From: Amphiscolops sp. MND2022
Taxonomy: Eukaryota
Assembly (NCBI GenBank): GCA_964187785.1
Contig: OZ076418.1
Span: 4,712,001 to 4,776,000 of the forward strand
DNA: 64,000 nt
Reading direction: 5' to 3'
The notes below the pieces were generated by a model, which had not been told where the DNA came from, did no database searches, and was given only the letters and a program-made list of their open reading frames with translations. Position numbers and translations under genes: made by a program. Shown piece by piece: positions 14,301 to 26,680 of the stretch (position 1 is the first letter of the stretch; each line of letters starts with the position of its first letter).

Positions 14301-17300
14301 GCGGTGTACACGCGTGCGTACCTGTGCAGAGTGTGCATCCAGCTGGCGCCCGAGTACAGAGACTGTCTGCTGGAGAGCCTCAACGACTTCCTGCTCTGTC
14401 TCGACCAGATTCAGCCGCCCCACGTCATCGACATTGTCAAGACATGCGGCATGGAACTGCCTGCCTACTACCAGCTATACCTGCCAGGTACCCACCTACC
14501 TGTATAGATACAGTTTACTTTGCCCCCATTTAACATGTTTGTGTTATTCAGAGTTTAAGGTTCCGTGAAACCGAGGATTGGGTGATTATACGTAACTGAA
14601 TTATTGAAAAGCTTATTGTAATGCTCTACGGATGTTTAAATTTACTTTGGATATAACCTAATTTCAGACGAAAATGTGAAGGGGGACCCTTTGGGCTTTT
14701 TTAAACTTTGAATTTGTTGCAAAATATTTTTGAAGGGTGGCCTTTTGGAGATATTAGAAAATTTTTGAAGTCTCCGTGCCCAAAAATTTCAAGGCCCCTT
14801 AAAATTTAGTAGACATTTTGGTGCAGCTATTTTGGCCAGCTCGTGTGGGTTGAAAAAATGAAAAAGAGTTACTATTGTAGACGCGTTTCACTTCATGAAG
14901 CGCCGACTAAAAATAAATATTAGTTTAGTCGTATTTATTTGAAGCTATGTAGCGATTTACTGATATCTGAAATCCTTTGTGCAAAATTATTGGAGTTTCT
15001 GTGTTATAAATTGGAAAATCAGATGTGTTATTTGGACCCACGTGAAAGGCTGATACTCATTTTTTTCTCTTTCGGGACTTTTTCGAAACTTTCCTCAATA
15101 CATCTCATAAATTGTTGTTCTTAGACATTTGTTCTGAAGCATATGTCTAATTTGGTTCCCCCCTATTCTAGCTGTTGAGTGGATGATGCAATGCATAATC
15201 TGTAACGCCTCCGAGGACTTGTTGAAGTGGATCAAGAGCAAAGCAGAGGCCCACCCGGTGCTGCAGTTGGCCGTGTTCGCCACTTTCCCGCCCGAGTTCG
15301 TGTGTCGACATCTCGACTACTTCCTCGACCTCATTCGCCAAGACTTTTCTGGGTCAGAAGCCACTGGAACTGGGGGCGGGGGCTTGCTCATCGTGAGGAA
15401 ATCTGAACTCTACAGGATTCTGGGCGAGAAATGTCTCAATGGATCTGTAAGTTTTTCATGTTTCTGCTAACGCTCGAGTATTATAATTTAAAAAATGTCA
15501 AAAAAGTTGAAGGGGGACCCTTTGGAGACATTGAAAAATTTTCGAAAAAAAGTCTCACAGTGCCGAAAAAATTGAAGGGGGACCCTTTTTTGTCCGGTTT
15601 TGTAGGTTACGTTAAAAAAGTTTTTAAAAAATGAAAGGGGGATCCTTTGCACTAAGTTTGCATTGGCCGGACTTGGCCTGAGTAGTTTTAGTAGTTTCTG
15701 TAAAAAGTGGACGGATCAGTGTGAGGTCTGTTGTTTGAAGAAAAAAATGTCACTGTAAGAGTCGGGCATTTTTCCGTTGAAAGAAAAATGCGCAGACTAA
15801 TAACATGATTTATTTCCGGAAATTTTGATTTTGGGGGTTTATCCCAAAAACGTCCATACATTTTTGATGAAGTTTCGATTTTTTGCTGTTCGATCACTGA
15901 GCTCTGAAAACCGAGAACTACCCAAATCGATGCCCTCTGTTGTAGTTATTTCAACTAGATTTACGACTTTCCTTGAATAATGAATGCATATTTCATTTTG
16001 GTATGCAACTTTAATATGGCACTGAGTTAGATAACATGAAATGTATGTAATTGAAAGGAAAAATTTTTTGACACCCAACTTGCATCATTTAAACCAATTG
16101 ATTTACAACTGATTTGGTATGTTCTTAAGCAGTTTTTGGCGAATGTCAGCGGTACGTTTGGCACTTCTTGCATTTGGTGTAAACTTTGCTGGAACAATTT
16201 GGAATTTGCAACGACCTTGCTTTTAGACAAATGGCATTGCTTTTGGTGATATCTTATTTTCTCAGGGTAATTGAGCTATGTAATGGTAAGGTTGAACACG
16301 GTTTTTAATGAGGAATTGTCAATGACATCGAAAGACCTCAATATAGTCAGAAATCTTGGAGTGAGTATCGTTTCAAGTAGTTAAATGTCAATGTTCAACC
16401 TTTGTTTTTCAAACAAATCTTACTTTTATCATGTCTAAATTTCAAGTAATTGTTTTTACTCTGCCTTTCCTTTATATATGTACCTGTTAGATTTTTCATA
16501 TCAAAAAATAGTGTTTTTCTTTTTTGGCCACTTGATAGTGTTGAGCCGCGCCCTAACTTGCGATGATCATGATGAAGGAACTGAACTACTCAAGTGTACA
16601 GTGAGATGTAACATACGTCAGTGCGACCAGAAAGTAAAAACAATGTGTACTATATAATAGGTGCATACCGTAATCGCATTGTCGCAGACTGCTGCCCCTG
16701 CGATGTTCATCTGTCTTACACATGAAGACGGCAACAGCAGACTACCTCCAGAGTAGTTCGTCGATGATTGGACTTTCGGTCCACTTGACGTCAACAAACT
16801 TATCACATATGTCGACCTCTTATGCTGTTATCTTTAAATACGTGTGTATTTGTTTTGCTGCTGTAAAAATCTTTCATTTGAAATATTTACGAGTTACTTT
16901 CAAGATTCAGACATTTTCTTCCATCTTACTTTCAAGATCATGCATTTTCTTCGAAGGAACTTCCAAGATCGGGCATTTTCTTTCAAGGAACTTCCAAGAT
17001 TCAGACATTTTCTTGCAAGATCTTCTAAGATACCTGCAAGAATAATGCAGTGTCTTTCAAGGTCTTGGAGTGAAATCTTTTGCAGAAAATGTAATGTGAT
17101 CTTTTGGAAGTTCGACTAGGCATGGTGTGTTGATGTTGGTGTTGCAGATAGAGTCGAGGGAGCGGAAGCTGGAGCTGCTGAACGAGGTGTGGAAGGCGGT
17201 GCTGAAGGTGGAGAACATGCAGGAGTTCATGCGGGTTGCCAACGTGTGGATAGAGTTCGCGTCCAAGACCCTCCAGCCTCAACAGGTCGACCTGCTCCTC

Positions 17301-20300
17301 AAAGGTACATTCATTCTACAGTGAGAGATGAAAGACATGTTACTCTGGTGGTCTGTGTTTCAATAAAAGCTACTTTGTCTTTTTTAAGAACTTTGAAAAT
17401 TTTTATTTCGACCGTGAGAAAGATGCTACAGACGCTACTCTAGTCTGTGTTTCAACAAGAGCTATTTTATCTTCTTTTAAAAAATGGGGACCGTGCGAAG
17501 CCGAACTATGTTGGCCTGCAACGAAAATGGTGGCCCAGTGTTCAAAGGGCCAATTTTTTGACTGAATGATGAGATAGTTCCGATAGAACTTCATCTTTTT
17601 AGGACTTCGGAAAAATTTTAATTTTCTTCAAGTACTATTCGGGTTACTTTGTTTCTGGTATAAACGCTTTTTCGTAAGACCTTTCGAAAAATTTTCGAAA
17701 ATTGAACCTCGCTGGTATAGGGACAAAGGGGGCCATTTGGTTTGGACCATGTTGAGAGCGCTCGTTCCGCAAAATTTTCAAATTTTTTCGACGGGTCAAA
17801 GCGTTTTTTGCACTTCGAAGAAATAAGATACAAAATTTTACCGAAGTTCTTTGCACCTTAAGCGCCTGTTTTACTAAGATAACTCGAAATTGATTATATG
17901 TTTCTTAAAATTGCTGAGAGGACTTTCGATGTGCTCTGTGAACATTTCACGTGTTGGCATGCCCCTATAAAATCGATTCATCCGTTCGAAGCTAGCCTGG
18001 TATGTCGAATATGAGTACAAAACCGTACGATGCTGAAAAATTGTGACTTTCTCTTCGGTATCAGGTTCGAATCTCTCGCAACTCACCATTTTTGGACCTT
18101 AAGCAAGTCCTTCATCCCCAGCTTAGAATGGTATGTCAATGGCAAAAAATAACGCAATTGGCGGAGAAAAGCAATAACAAAAAGAGCAACGGTGAGCAGT
18201 CAGACCTTTGTGACCTTGAGCAAGTCACTTTGAAACAACAGCTTCAAGCCCACCATTGCTTGACCACTTGGCTGCAAATATGGTACCATAGCTTGCTATG
18301 GGGAGATAGTATCCGAAAGGGCGCCGACTTAGAAAAGCAGAACTGCTTATTCGGCGTCCACCCCGCGAAATTGTGGAAATTAATTTTCTTTTTCTTCACG
18401 AATTAAATAATTGATGTCGACATAATCCTATCTTTTACATTAATTCACAGTTAAAAGTTGCTCATTTTAATTTATGGCGGAGAAAATTTGCGTTAAAATA
18501 GGGGTTTCCTATACAACTTTAGCTGGTTCCAGATGTGAATTTTTGCTTTTTTGTAGGAAAAATGTGAAAAGGCCAGATACTTTTTTGCTGCAAGATTTGG
18601 CTAATGGGGAAATCTATTTTCTTTCTTTTTCTCATTTTCGTTGCAGGCCTGATCAAACACGTGTCAGCGGACAGAAAGTATGAAAAGATCCTGAACGAAC
18701 TGTCTCAATCTGTCCGCTGCATATTCAGACAGTCCACTCCCGCTACCTGTGCCCAGCTGTTCAGTCTGGAAAACTTTCTGGCACTTCTGGACCTGTTCCA
18801 GAGCGACCAGACGAAGAGATACGAAATAAATCACCTGGTTTTGGAACTGTTCATCAACAACACCTCGGCTGAGTCGCCATGCACGGACCCCATAGCTGTG
18901 AACGCGCTTCTGAGGATTGGGAAAAACCTGCACGATAATCTGGGGGTAGCGTCCAATAAGAGTGTAGCCACCCTAGCGAGGGAGATGTACGCGGAAATGG
19001 GGAGTCCCGTGAGCGATAGCAACCATTCGTACTTCATGGTGGCTGACCTGATCTTGAAGATATTCGAGAGAGTTTCGTTCTCAGGAGACTTTGAAGCCCA
19101 GTTGGCGTTCTATGTTGAAGCCAGAGGTTAGTTATTCCTCGTTGAAAAATAATGGGAAAATTAGCATTAGCAAGATATTTGTTTTCATAATGTTTTCATT
19201 TTTGATGATGATTGGAAGTTTCATTTTTCATTCGAAACTTGAAAATACGGGAGGAACCGGATAACAATTTGATAAGAAAGAAGTGGCTCTCATTTCGACG
19301 TTTCGTCAACCTTCTGTAGACATTATCAAGATCTAGAACAAAGAAAATTGACATAATTTACAGGCAAACAGGATATGTAATAAAAATGGAAAACAAAATG
19401 GAAACAGAAAACAAAAGAAATACCGTATCCCAAATTTTCTCCACTGCATTTTGTTATCAAGAAGTTTCCAGAGTAATGAAATAAAATTTGGAAAAGTTAA
19501 AAATACGTTTTTTTTTCGTCTTGCATTCACGCAAATATGAATAATTGATCTGAGTTTCTTTTTCTAGGCACTTTCTTCCTTCTGGAATCCGTAATAGTTG
19601 CTTGTGTTCACAATGTCAACACCTTAATCATGGAAACCCTGAAACGGGTGCCGAACCACCGACACACCAAGAAAACTGCTTCTTTTATCAGAGCATGCGT
19701 TGCTTACAACATCATCACTATCCCATCAGTGGAGAACGTACAAACCAGACTGACCTTGTATCTCAACTCAGCCCAAGTAGCACTCTTCAACTGCTCAACG
19801 GCCCAAGCCGATTCATTATATCACCAGTTGATCCAGACCATCCAGCATTTGCCAATCAGTATCTACGACGCCAGAGGAACTTCCAACAGAGCCAAACCCA
19901 CCGAACCCTGGCTCATATCATTTTCCGCCAACTTATTCTCCAGTTTACTTCTCATGCCAGATTATCCGGATCAAGGCATCCTTTTCCACTTCCGTAACGC
20001 CATAAATGAATTCGCCAATTACAAATACGCCGTGGATAGCACGGGCAAGGCTCTCATTTTCATCAACGCTCTCAAAGCCCTCAGTTGTTTTCTGCAAAAC
20101 AAGTGGCCTTATAAACTCCCCAATGTTGACAACAACGGGGATCTTTATGGTTTCGGTGCTGACAAAAAGTTTCAAGCTGAGTTGGGCAAAATGGCCAAAA
20201 GTCTAGTTACCGAATTGAACACTCTGATTGGTGGAGGTCCAACCAATAGCGCTTTAGTTCCACTGCCTACGATTATAGACTACATTCTGACGGTGCTAAA

Positions 20301-20505
20301 TCTATGCCAGCCTAATTCCATGTTCGTGCTCAAACTCAGTGAAAAGTTTATCCCCGATTTGATCCCTAGATGTTCTTTCAAAGAGAAGCAGTTGATTCGA
20401 ATGGCACTGGTTTCAGCTTCCCAGCAACTTGGAACCGGGTCTGAGTTTGAAGACGCCAAGAGTTCGTACCGGAAGTTGATAGCTACAATTCCTGATCTGA
20501 AGTGA
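2122..20505 (+). CDS. VPS35L: VPS35 endosomal protein sorting factor-like (Retriever/Commander subunit), 10 coding exons, 1052 aa
   Basis: Exons 2122-2312, 4621-4840, 6919-7150, 7774-8023, 10102-10310, 14281-14487, 15172-15446, 17148-17304, 18647-19126, 19568-20505. All introns are GT-AG with compatible phases; total 3159 nt. Motifs [48 protein letters not shown] and KKTASFIRACVAY match recalled VPS35L/C16orf62. Confidence 0.93.
2330..3146 (+). mobile_element. HINE-like element (possibly composite)
   Basis: AGTCGGCGC ... GCGCCGACTTGGGCCGTTCCCGGCTTGTT termini. Confidence 0.5.
4621..4840 (+). CDS. VPS35L: VPS35L exon 2
   Basis: CAG acceptor, DPLS/TDPLG motifs, GAG|GTTGGT donor; phases fit. 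Confidence 0.75.
5425..5697. repeat. Dispersed intronic repeat (second copy ~10670-10950)
   Basis: Shared blocks ...TTCTCGTGCGATG...GCTTTCGTACGCCGAG...CTTCGTCTACGCTTAGTA. Other dispersed pairs: 6330-6495/10970-11125, 8660-8880/18165-18380, and 7190-7390 (inverted)/16830-17110. Confidence 0.7.
6502..6825 (+). mobile_element. HINE-like element
   Basis: Same termini as the other copies. Confidence 0.55.
6919..7150 (+). CDS. VPS35L: VPS35L exon 3
   Basis: FVPWSLKRLEVLEKFTTSEKLSI, RLDQLDE; G|GTTGGT donor. Confidence 0.85.
7774..8023 (+). CDS. VPS35L: VPS35L exon 4
   Basis: [38 protein letters not shown] donor. Confidence 0.92.
9531..10076 (-). mobile_element. HINE-like element
   Basis: Termini in reverse orientation; GGGGACCCTTT subrepeats. 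Confidence 0.55.
10102..10310 (+). CDS. VPS35L: VPS35L exon 5
   Basis: LPDNF...[33 protein letters not shown] donor. Confidence 0.92.
11582..14280. repeat. Tandem array, 12 copies of a ~226-bp unit (two sequence subtypes) in VPS35L intron 5
   Basis: Unit starts at 11582, 11808, 12034, 12260, 12486, 12712, 12937, 13153, 13377, 13603, 13829, 14055; each ends ...CTGCTGTTGGTTAG. Confidence 0.97.
14281..14487 (+). CDS. VPS35L: VPS35L exon 6
   Basis: [18 protein letters not shown]; the acceptor is the end of the last 226-bp repeat unit. Confidence 0.92.
15172..15446 (+). CDS. VPS35L: VPS35L exon 7
   Basis: AVEWMMQCI... in the phase expected; TCT|GTAAGT donor. Confidence 0.85.
17148..17304 (+). 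CDS. VPS35L: VPS35L exon 8
   Basis: KLELLNEVWKAVLK...ANVWIEF; G|GTACAT donor. Confidence 0.88.
18647..19126 (+). CDS. VPS35L: VPS35L exon 9
   Basis: FLALLDLFQ, DPIAVNALL, VSFSGDFEAQLAFYVEARG; G|GTTAGT donor. Confidence 0.9.
19568..20505 (+). CDS. VPS35L: VPS35L exon 10 (terminal)
   Basis: TTTCTAG acceptor in frame with the 291-aa ORF; ITIPSV, LLMPDYPDQGILF, VDNNGDLYG; TGA at 20503-20505. Confidence 0.92.
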
Positions 20506-21719
20506 ACAAAGCGTGAAATGATAACTATACCCAGAGAAAATGTTTTTTTTTTCACGTATTTATTTTGAAACGACTCTGTTTTCCTCCCAACGCCTAATTT
20601 GTTAGCGAAAATTTTAGACATAAAACCAAATTTTAGGATCCAGATACAAACTTTATTCATACTATTTCTCTTATGAAGTCACGCATTCTTGGAATATCAG
20701 CATCTTTATTGTTTAATTCACAAAAACAATCAATTCGATTAAAACTTAATCACAGTCAAATATGTGGAAAATGTGTTTGAGTGGTTTTTATACGGGTGCC
20801 TTCTATTCGTGGGGATACGATTTTTTACAAACATTTCACCAAGTTTGCAATTGAACCGGCAATTGGACCTCGCGGATGAACGTCAGTTTAGATTTTGGTA
20901 GTAATCGATAACATGTTCCAAATTGACCCGTCATCCAATCATTTCGCAGAAGTTATCAATGACAGTTGACTCTGTAGCTGCAAGAACAGGACCTAGTTGA
21001 TTGGGGTAGTGTTTTTGTGCTACACGTTTATTGTCGGAATTCTTACATTTCCAAAATCATTAACTTCTAATTTTAGAAACGACTCGCCACGGAGTCTTGC
21101 ACAGAAGAATTGTAAAGGTTTTTTGCATAAATGGTGGTTACTGCTTTTATCTAGAAGAGCAGCAATAAGGCTCTTGTAAGTGTGCAGACCTATACGGTGA
21201 AAAATTGTGTAAAATTTTTCTGTGGTATACTTGAAAATGTTTATATCACATGTTCGATCGAAAATTTAGAGACTCAAAGAACAGCTTTTTCAGGCAAAAA
21301 AAATCATACAAGAGATGGGAAAATAATTTTTTGGATCTACGGTTTGGCATTATGTCACGTTTTGGCGTCTTCAGTCCGATGTTGGTTGAGAGGTTAGTTA
21401 GTTTTCAATATTCAAGAATGCAGAAGTGTTGTATAGAAATATATAGCGCAAGAAGGGCTTAAACTGACAAAGAACTAAAAATGAGGATTAAAAACATAAA
21501 ACTTCTGTTGGGAACAGTGCAGAAGAAACGCATATTAGCTGTAGAAGCGAATAATTTTGCCGATAATTTTCAGGGAGTCACTTATTTGGTTGTCGGGATC
21601 ATTTGGTTTGAATGAAGCATTGGAAAGTTTAAGATCATATTACTCAAAGTGTTGCCGTAACAAGGCATTCATACGACAGTTGAGATCGGACTCGAAAGAT
21701 CTAGCTAGATCGCCTTTTT

Positions 21720-22177
21720 AGTCGGCGCTTTTTTAGAGAAAAGAGTCGACTATAGTCATGACTTTTCGTCAGTGTTTTTTTTTCGATACAACTGAAGTGA
21801 CCAAAATAGTTCTACCAAAAGTTCTACAAAATTTTAAATTGCCCCGTAGGCCCAAAGAACTGCACCAGAAAGTTTCCCGCGTAACATACAATACCGGACG
21901 AGACCAAAGGGTCCCCCTTTCAATTTTTCGGCATTGCGAGACTTTTTCTTCGGAGAAAAATTTTCTCCCAAAGGGTCCCCCCTTCAGTTTTGTTGGAGTT
22001 TTGCGACAGATTGGATGTTGAAAAACCACAAAGGGTCCCCTCTTTCATTTTTTCGGCATTAGGAGACTTTTCCTCCAATTTTTTCGGTTGTTGTAGAAGA
22101 GATTACTTTGACGTTGATGTCCTTTTGCTATTTTGAGCCTTAGATGTGGCGTCGACTTGGGCCGGTCCCGGGTGGTT
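21720..22177 (+). mobile_element. HINE-like element
   Basis: AGTCGGCGC ... GCGTCGACTTGGGCCGGTCCCGG termini; AAGGGTCCCC subrepeats. Confidence 0.55.
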
Positions 22178-24941
22178 TCTATTTGTTTCTGGGCGAATCT
22201 TTACTGCGTCTTCTTTTTTCGCCGGAAAACTTCAACAAATTGTGCTGGACAAAGTTCTTGTAAATTTTATATTTCAATTGAAACTCGATTCGGGGTGAGA
22301 ACAGGCATTAGGTGGAGCATGAGAGGGGAATGTAAGTGAATTCGTTATATAGTCGTGATTAACAACTAATATGTGGGGACGGAATGAGATGGCATCGTTG
22401 AAAATCTTTCTAAGGTTCTTCGCAGGATTGGCAACTCCAAACTTGGCTCAATTGCTGAAAAATTTTTGGAAACAGTTTGATGGGGGACTTGTGGGTAGTG
22501 AAGGCGGTTCCTACATGGCTCCAAACACGTGCAAGTTTCCCGTGGCTGCCTTTCAAAAGCTGCTTTTCTATAGGCGGAAAACAAATAGACTTACGCCTGA
22601 TTAACAGACAACCTAAACGGTATTGTTTGGAAAGCTGGGTGTTACGATCACACATTCATCTTTTTTTTCTTATTTTGAATCGAAGATCAAATAGTACCGT
22701 TTTCACAAGGGTCGTCCATTTTGAGCCGGGAACTGATAGACAATTCGTTAAGGCCGAACATCTTAGGAGCTAGTGTTGAGGATTTTGTACAGTAAATTTA
22801 CAAGAAAAACCGACTGGGGGGTTGGATTGCTGTTACATAACAGTATATAGGCATTATTAGCGTTGAAAGTGAAACAAGGACTAGAAAAACATTTTTACAT
22901 GCTTGAAAAAAATGTATGAGTGGGGAATTGGCAGCAAACTAAAATTCTAGGACTTCAAGGCCACCGCAAAAACATCCTGGGTTTAGTTCATATTGTTGGA
23001 CATGAGGGGTGAATAAAAATTGTCGAAAAATGTTTTGCCTCAAAACGAAAAAAGATTCGGCTCAGTTATTTCGCGAGCAACATTTTATCAAGGGCATTGA
23101 TAATGGCCAACGCGAGTCATCCTGGATAGTCGTTTTGTGCTCTGAAACAATCCCAAAGGCCATGACAAAAAAAGACAACTATTACAATTAAATAGGAAAT
23201 ATCTTCGAGCATGACGACAGTCTTTGATTGTATTAAGTTGCAAAGGTATTTCTGCAAGGGTTGAGGATTCAATACCAGTGTCTTAGGCGGCTGGGCGTAC
23301 GTAATCTTTCAACTCTCCACATTGACCGAAAAGTTCTTATGTTCTGGTATAGCTTTCTGAACACTCGGGATCAAAAGAGCTCAAAGATATCTGCTTTGGC
23401 TTGAACACTGGCGAATTTAATAGCAGTTTCTTTGTTGCGATGAACTTTAATGCACCCCGACTTGGCCCCTTCCAGTCAGACGAAACAACAAAAACTCGAT
23501 AACGAGAACGTTGCTTTCTTGATCCGAGATTCTCAATATAAAAAGTTACTAATATAATCGGGAAGAGCTTCCACAACTGCGACTTTGTTTCTGGTTTCTG
23601 TTTCTTCACTTCACCGAGGGCTCGAAATTTACTGGTTGCCCGTATTCATAAAAGCCATCACCAGCTAGATCGAAATCACAGATGCTTTTAAGGTAATCCA
23701 TTCTAAAGGAAATTTTTTGAAAAAAGTTTATTGTGAATATTTAATGTGTGAATCGATAGTTGAAGTTACCCCAGTTGAATAATAATTGGATGGAATGCTT
23801 TTCCATGATGAAAACCCAATTGTCTGAAACGCTAGAGTTCGTTATAGCTTCAATGCAGATCAGAATGAAGTACTTTTACTTCATGGAAAAATCTCATACC
23901 AGCAAGCTCCAAGTCTTCAAAAACAATTTACTACAGGTTCTATTTGAGTAAAAAGATCAAGTTTCCATCAATCAATCCTGATGTGCATTAAAAACAGTTT
24001 TCAGTACTGAAGCTTTTGGTGGAAGGAGATAATTCTGGGATATGGTATTTTCATACATAAATCTTTCACTAATTCTGATGATGCCTGATGGAAAAAAATT
24101 GCAACAGACTTGTTGAGCACATTGCTCTTGAGAAATTTGCAAAGGATTAATTAAACAAGAAAGGCCTTGAGAATTTAGGCAAAAGTCTGATTGAACAATG
24201 AGCCCCAAAAACAATCAACTCTGCTTTTATTTCAACTACAATATCTGCAGACGGAACTGTAAAACTTGGTTTGGGTTAGCTATTAAATTCTTTCAGTCTC
24301 ATGTCACAGTTTCAGACTAACGCCGTACTCTATGTCTTTTCATCAAAATGACAGTGAAGAAACTATAGAACGTTATAGTCTCTGAAATGTTTCATCAAGG
24401 AAAAATGAGTTCCATCAGTGTATGTTCAAATGAATGTCTCAAACATTACATGAAGCCAAAAAACACCTTTCTTCCTTCTGGCAGCACGCGGGGACCTGGT
24501 TGGGGTGGAAGGTGCTGCTGGCACGGTTGCTGCTGACTCGGGGGGAGTTTCTATTGCCGTGGGGGGACTGTATGAGGCTCGGGAACAGTCTTCTAGAAAT
24601 TGAAACAAGTTAGAAACAGCTTAGAATCTTTCGGTTTTTTTAAATTTTGTGAATAGTAAAACGAGCATGGAAGTTGTTGTATGTTCCAAATTGAGTTTCT
24701 TGCGAGGCTAACAGAATGTCAAAAAATGTTTGTCGTGTGCGACATATGGCAAATAAAAAAAAGAAACTTACCGTGAAAACTCAAAAAGAAATAAACTCAA
24801 AACTTGTAATATGTAATTTTGTCTTTTGTAATTTGCGCAGTTTTATCTTTAATATTTTCTCGCTCAGCTCTGAATTTTGAACACGCTCGAACGTGTTCAC
24901 TACCTTGTTCAGCAACGCCGCACACATTCCTTGTTTGGTCA

Positions 24942-25114
24942 TGACGTCAAATGACATCATTTTGTCGTGGACGCTACGCCTACGAATAACACATACAAAA
25001 CACTTTCGTTTGTATAGTCATTTGACTTGACGTCATATGACGTCATGCTCGCTAGCCAATCACGATAGTGATTCAATTTTATTGGCTGACGAAGCGGTCA
25101 AATTTAGTATAAAA
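24942..25114 (+). promoter_or_regulatory. Putative LTR promoter: three TGACGTCA (CRE) palindromes, CCAAT boxes, TATA box
   Basis: TGACGTCA at 24942, 25028 and 25038; CCAAT at 25056 and ATTGG at 25081; TATAAAA at 25108. Confidence 0.65.
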
Positions 25115-25364
25115 GCAGACGAAATTTTCAACTGTCAGAGCTCTTCTTTTGGAATAATACTAAATCGACAAACCCGACCACTCCAACCTCTCAATCTCTT
25201 TACACGAGTTCAACTCCCATCATCAGCGGCGCAGTATTTTTTAGTTAAAATCTTTTTCAATTTTCTTTTCGGAGCTTTCACTTTCATTTTTTCTAAGTCT
25301 TTTTCTTAACTTAAACTTAAATCAGTAATTCCCAAAATTTTACAAGTCCTGGCTCAATTCTGTC

Positions 25365-25650
25365 TTAGACAATTTTCAACGCTGCTTCAAGTAAAGCAAA
25401 TATAACTTATATTTTTGTCAAGCCTGCTTCCTAGTTGAAGTAATCCTGACTTAGACAATTTTCAACGCTGCTTCAAGTAAAGCAAATTTAACTTATTTTT
25501 TTGTCAAGCCTGCTTCCTAGCTGAAGCAATTTTGACTTGGACAATTTTCAACGCTGCTTGAAGTAAAGCAAATTTAACTTATACTTTTGTCAAGCCTGCT
25601 TCCTAGTTGAAGCGGATTCATCTTAGGCAATTTTCAACACTACTTTCGAG
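25365..25650. repeat. 86-bp tandem repeat (~3.3 copies) inside the LTR
   Basis: Units TT(A/G)GACAATTTTCAACGCTGCTTCAAG...CCTGCTTCCTAG; also present at ~45010-45225. Confidence 0.9.
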
Positions 25651-26651
25651 CCAAAACAATTTCAAGTCTTCTCTCAAGCTAGAGCAATCATTCTCTTACG
25701 TTGGAGATTCAGTTGACTTTTGACTTCGAACAGAAGCTATTATACCGTCTTTGTTCAACAAAGATTGAATAGTCCCTGCTTTATAGTGGACTCTAAACCA
25801 AAGTCTGGTGATATTCACTGACTCTAAACTGAAAACCACAGCCTCAGCTGGGTTATAAGAGACTTAAACAACTTAGCTATTGTCTGATTCTTAAAGTCGG
25901 ACCGTTCTCAACTTGAGACAAAGAGTAGCCGTATAGCGCTCTATAAAAACAGTACAAAGAAGCGTTGTTCTAAAACCAAAGAATAGCCATTCGCTATCTT
26001 TCCCAGTCCGTGACAATCGGTGGACTATAAACACCGTGCAAGCTATTAGCTGCACTTTGGAAAAGAGGCCTAACCTCTGATTATTAAAACACAACATAAT
26101 AAAAACTTTACGGCTTATTTCCTGATAACTTAATCTAATAACGTTTTCCTAGTAACTTAACTTATTTCATTTATGGATTGATATTAAACCAGATTTAGTT
26201 GTATTTTGTTTATTCAGCTTGATTTGTTTGTTTTGCTTTTGTATAACTGATATCTATTACAAGTTTAGTATAAATAGAGAAAGGTTCATTTCACCTATTT
26301 CTGAACCCAAACAATTTTTTCCCGGGTCGCAAAAATAAAGTCCTTCCGTTCGAACTCAAACCTGATATTTCCTTTGTGTAAGTGCTGGAAGGCATATAAC
26401 GAAAATTTTAAGTAGGAGAATAATTTCAATTTTCAGTCAAGAAAATAGAAGGAAAGTGAGCTAAGAGTTCACGAATTAGACAATAATTGAGGCTTATAAC
26501 TACCGAAATTCAAAGAGAAAAACTGAAAGAAGAAAAATCACTAATTTTGAATATTCTTAGAGAAGCTTTCGCTAATTGGAAGAAAGATATAGATTCATCA
26601 ATTTTCCTACCAACTTAACAAGCACCGTCACAAATTAAGCACTTCACAAAC

Positions 26652-26668
26652 TGGTGCGACCAGTGAGG
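26652..26668 (+). promoter_or_regulatory. Primer-binding site (cognate tRNA not identified)
   Basis: TGGTGCGACCAGTGAGG begins 3 nt after the LTR end, with the TGG complementary to tRNA CCA. Confidence 0.7.
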
Positions 26669-26680
26669 CAAAACCATTTC

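Larger units (their letters stand above)
24731..26648 (+). repeat. 5' LTR (~1.9 kb)
   Basis: First ~185 bp, the 86-bp repeats and the last ~245 bp recur at 44828-45473; imperfect terminal inverted repeat TGT...ACA. Confidence 0.9.

Noticed and set aside
16560-16810. GC-richer coding-like patch in VPS35L intron 7
   Set aside because: Contains stops, is not needed for the VPS35L frame and shows no identifiable family.
26490-26618. Protein-like frame at the LTR end (LRLITTEIQREKLKEEK…)
   Set aside because: Short, without an ATG and preceded by stops; it cannot be supported.
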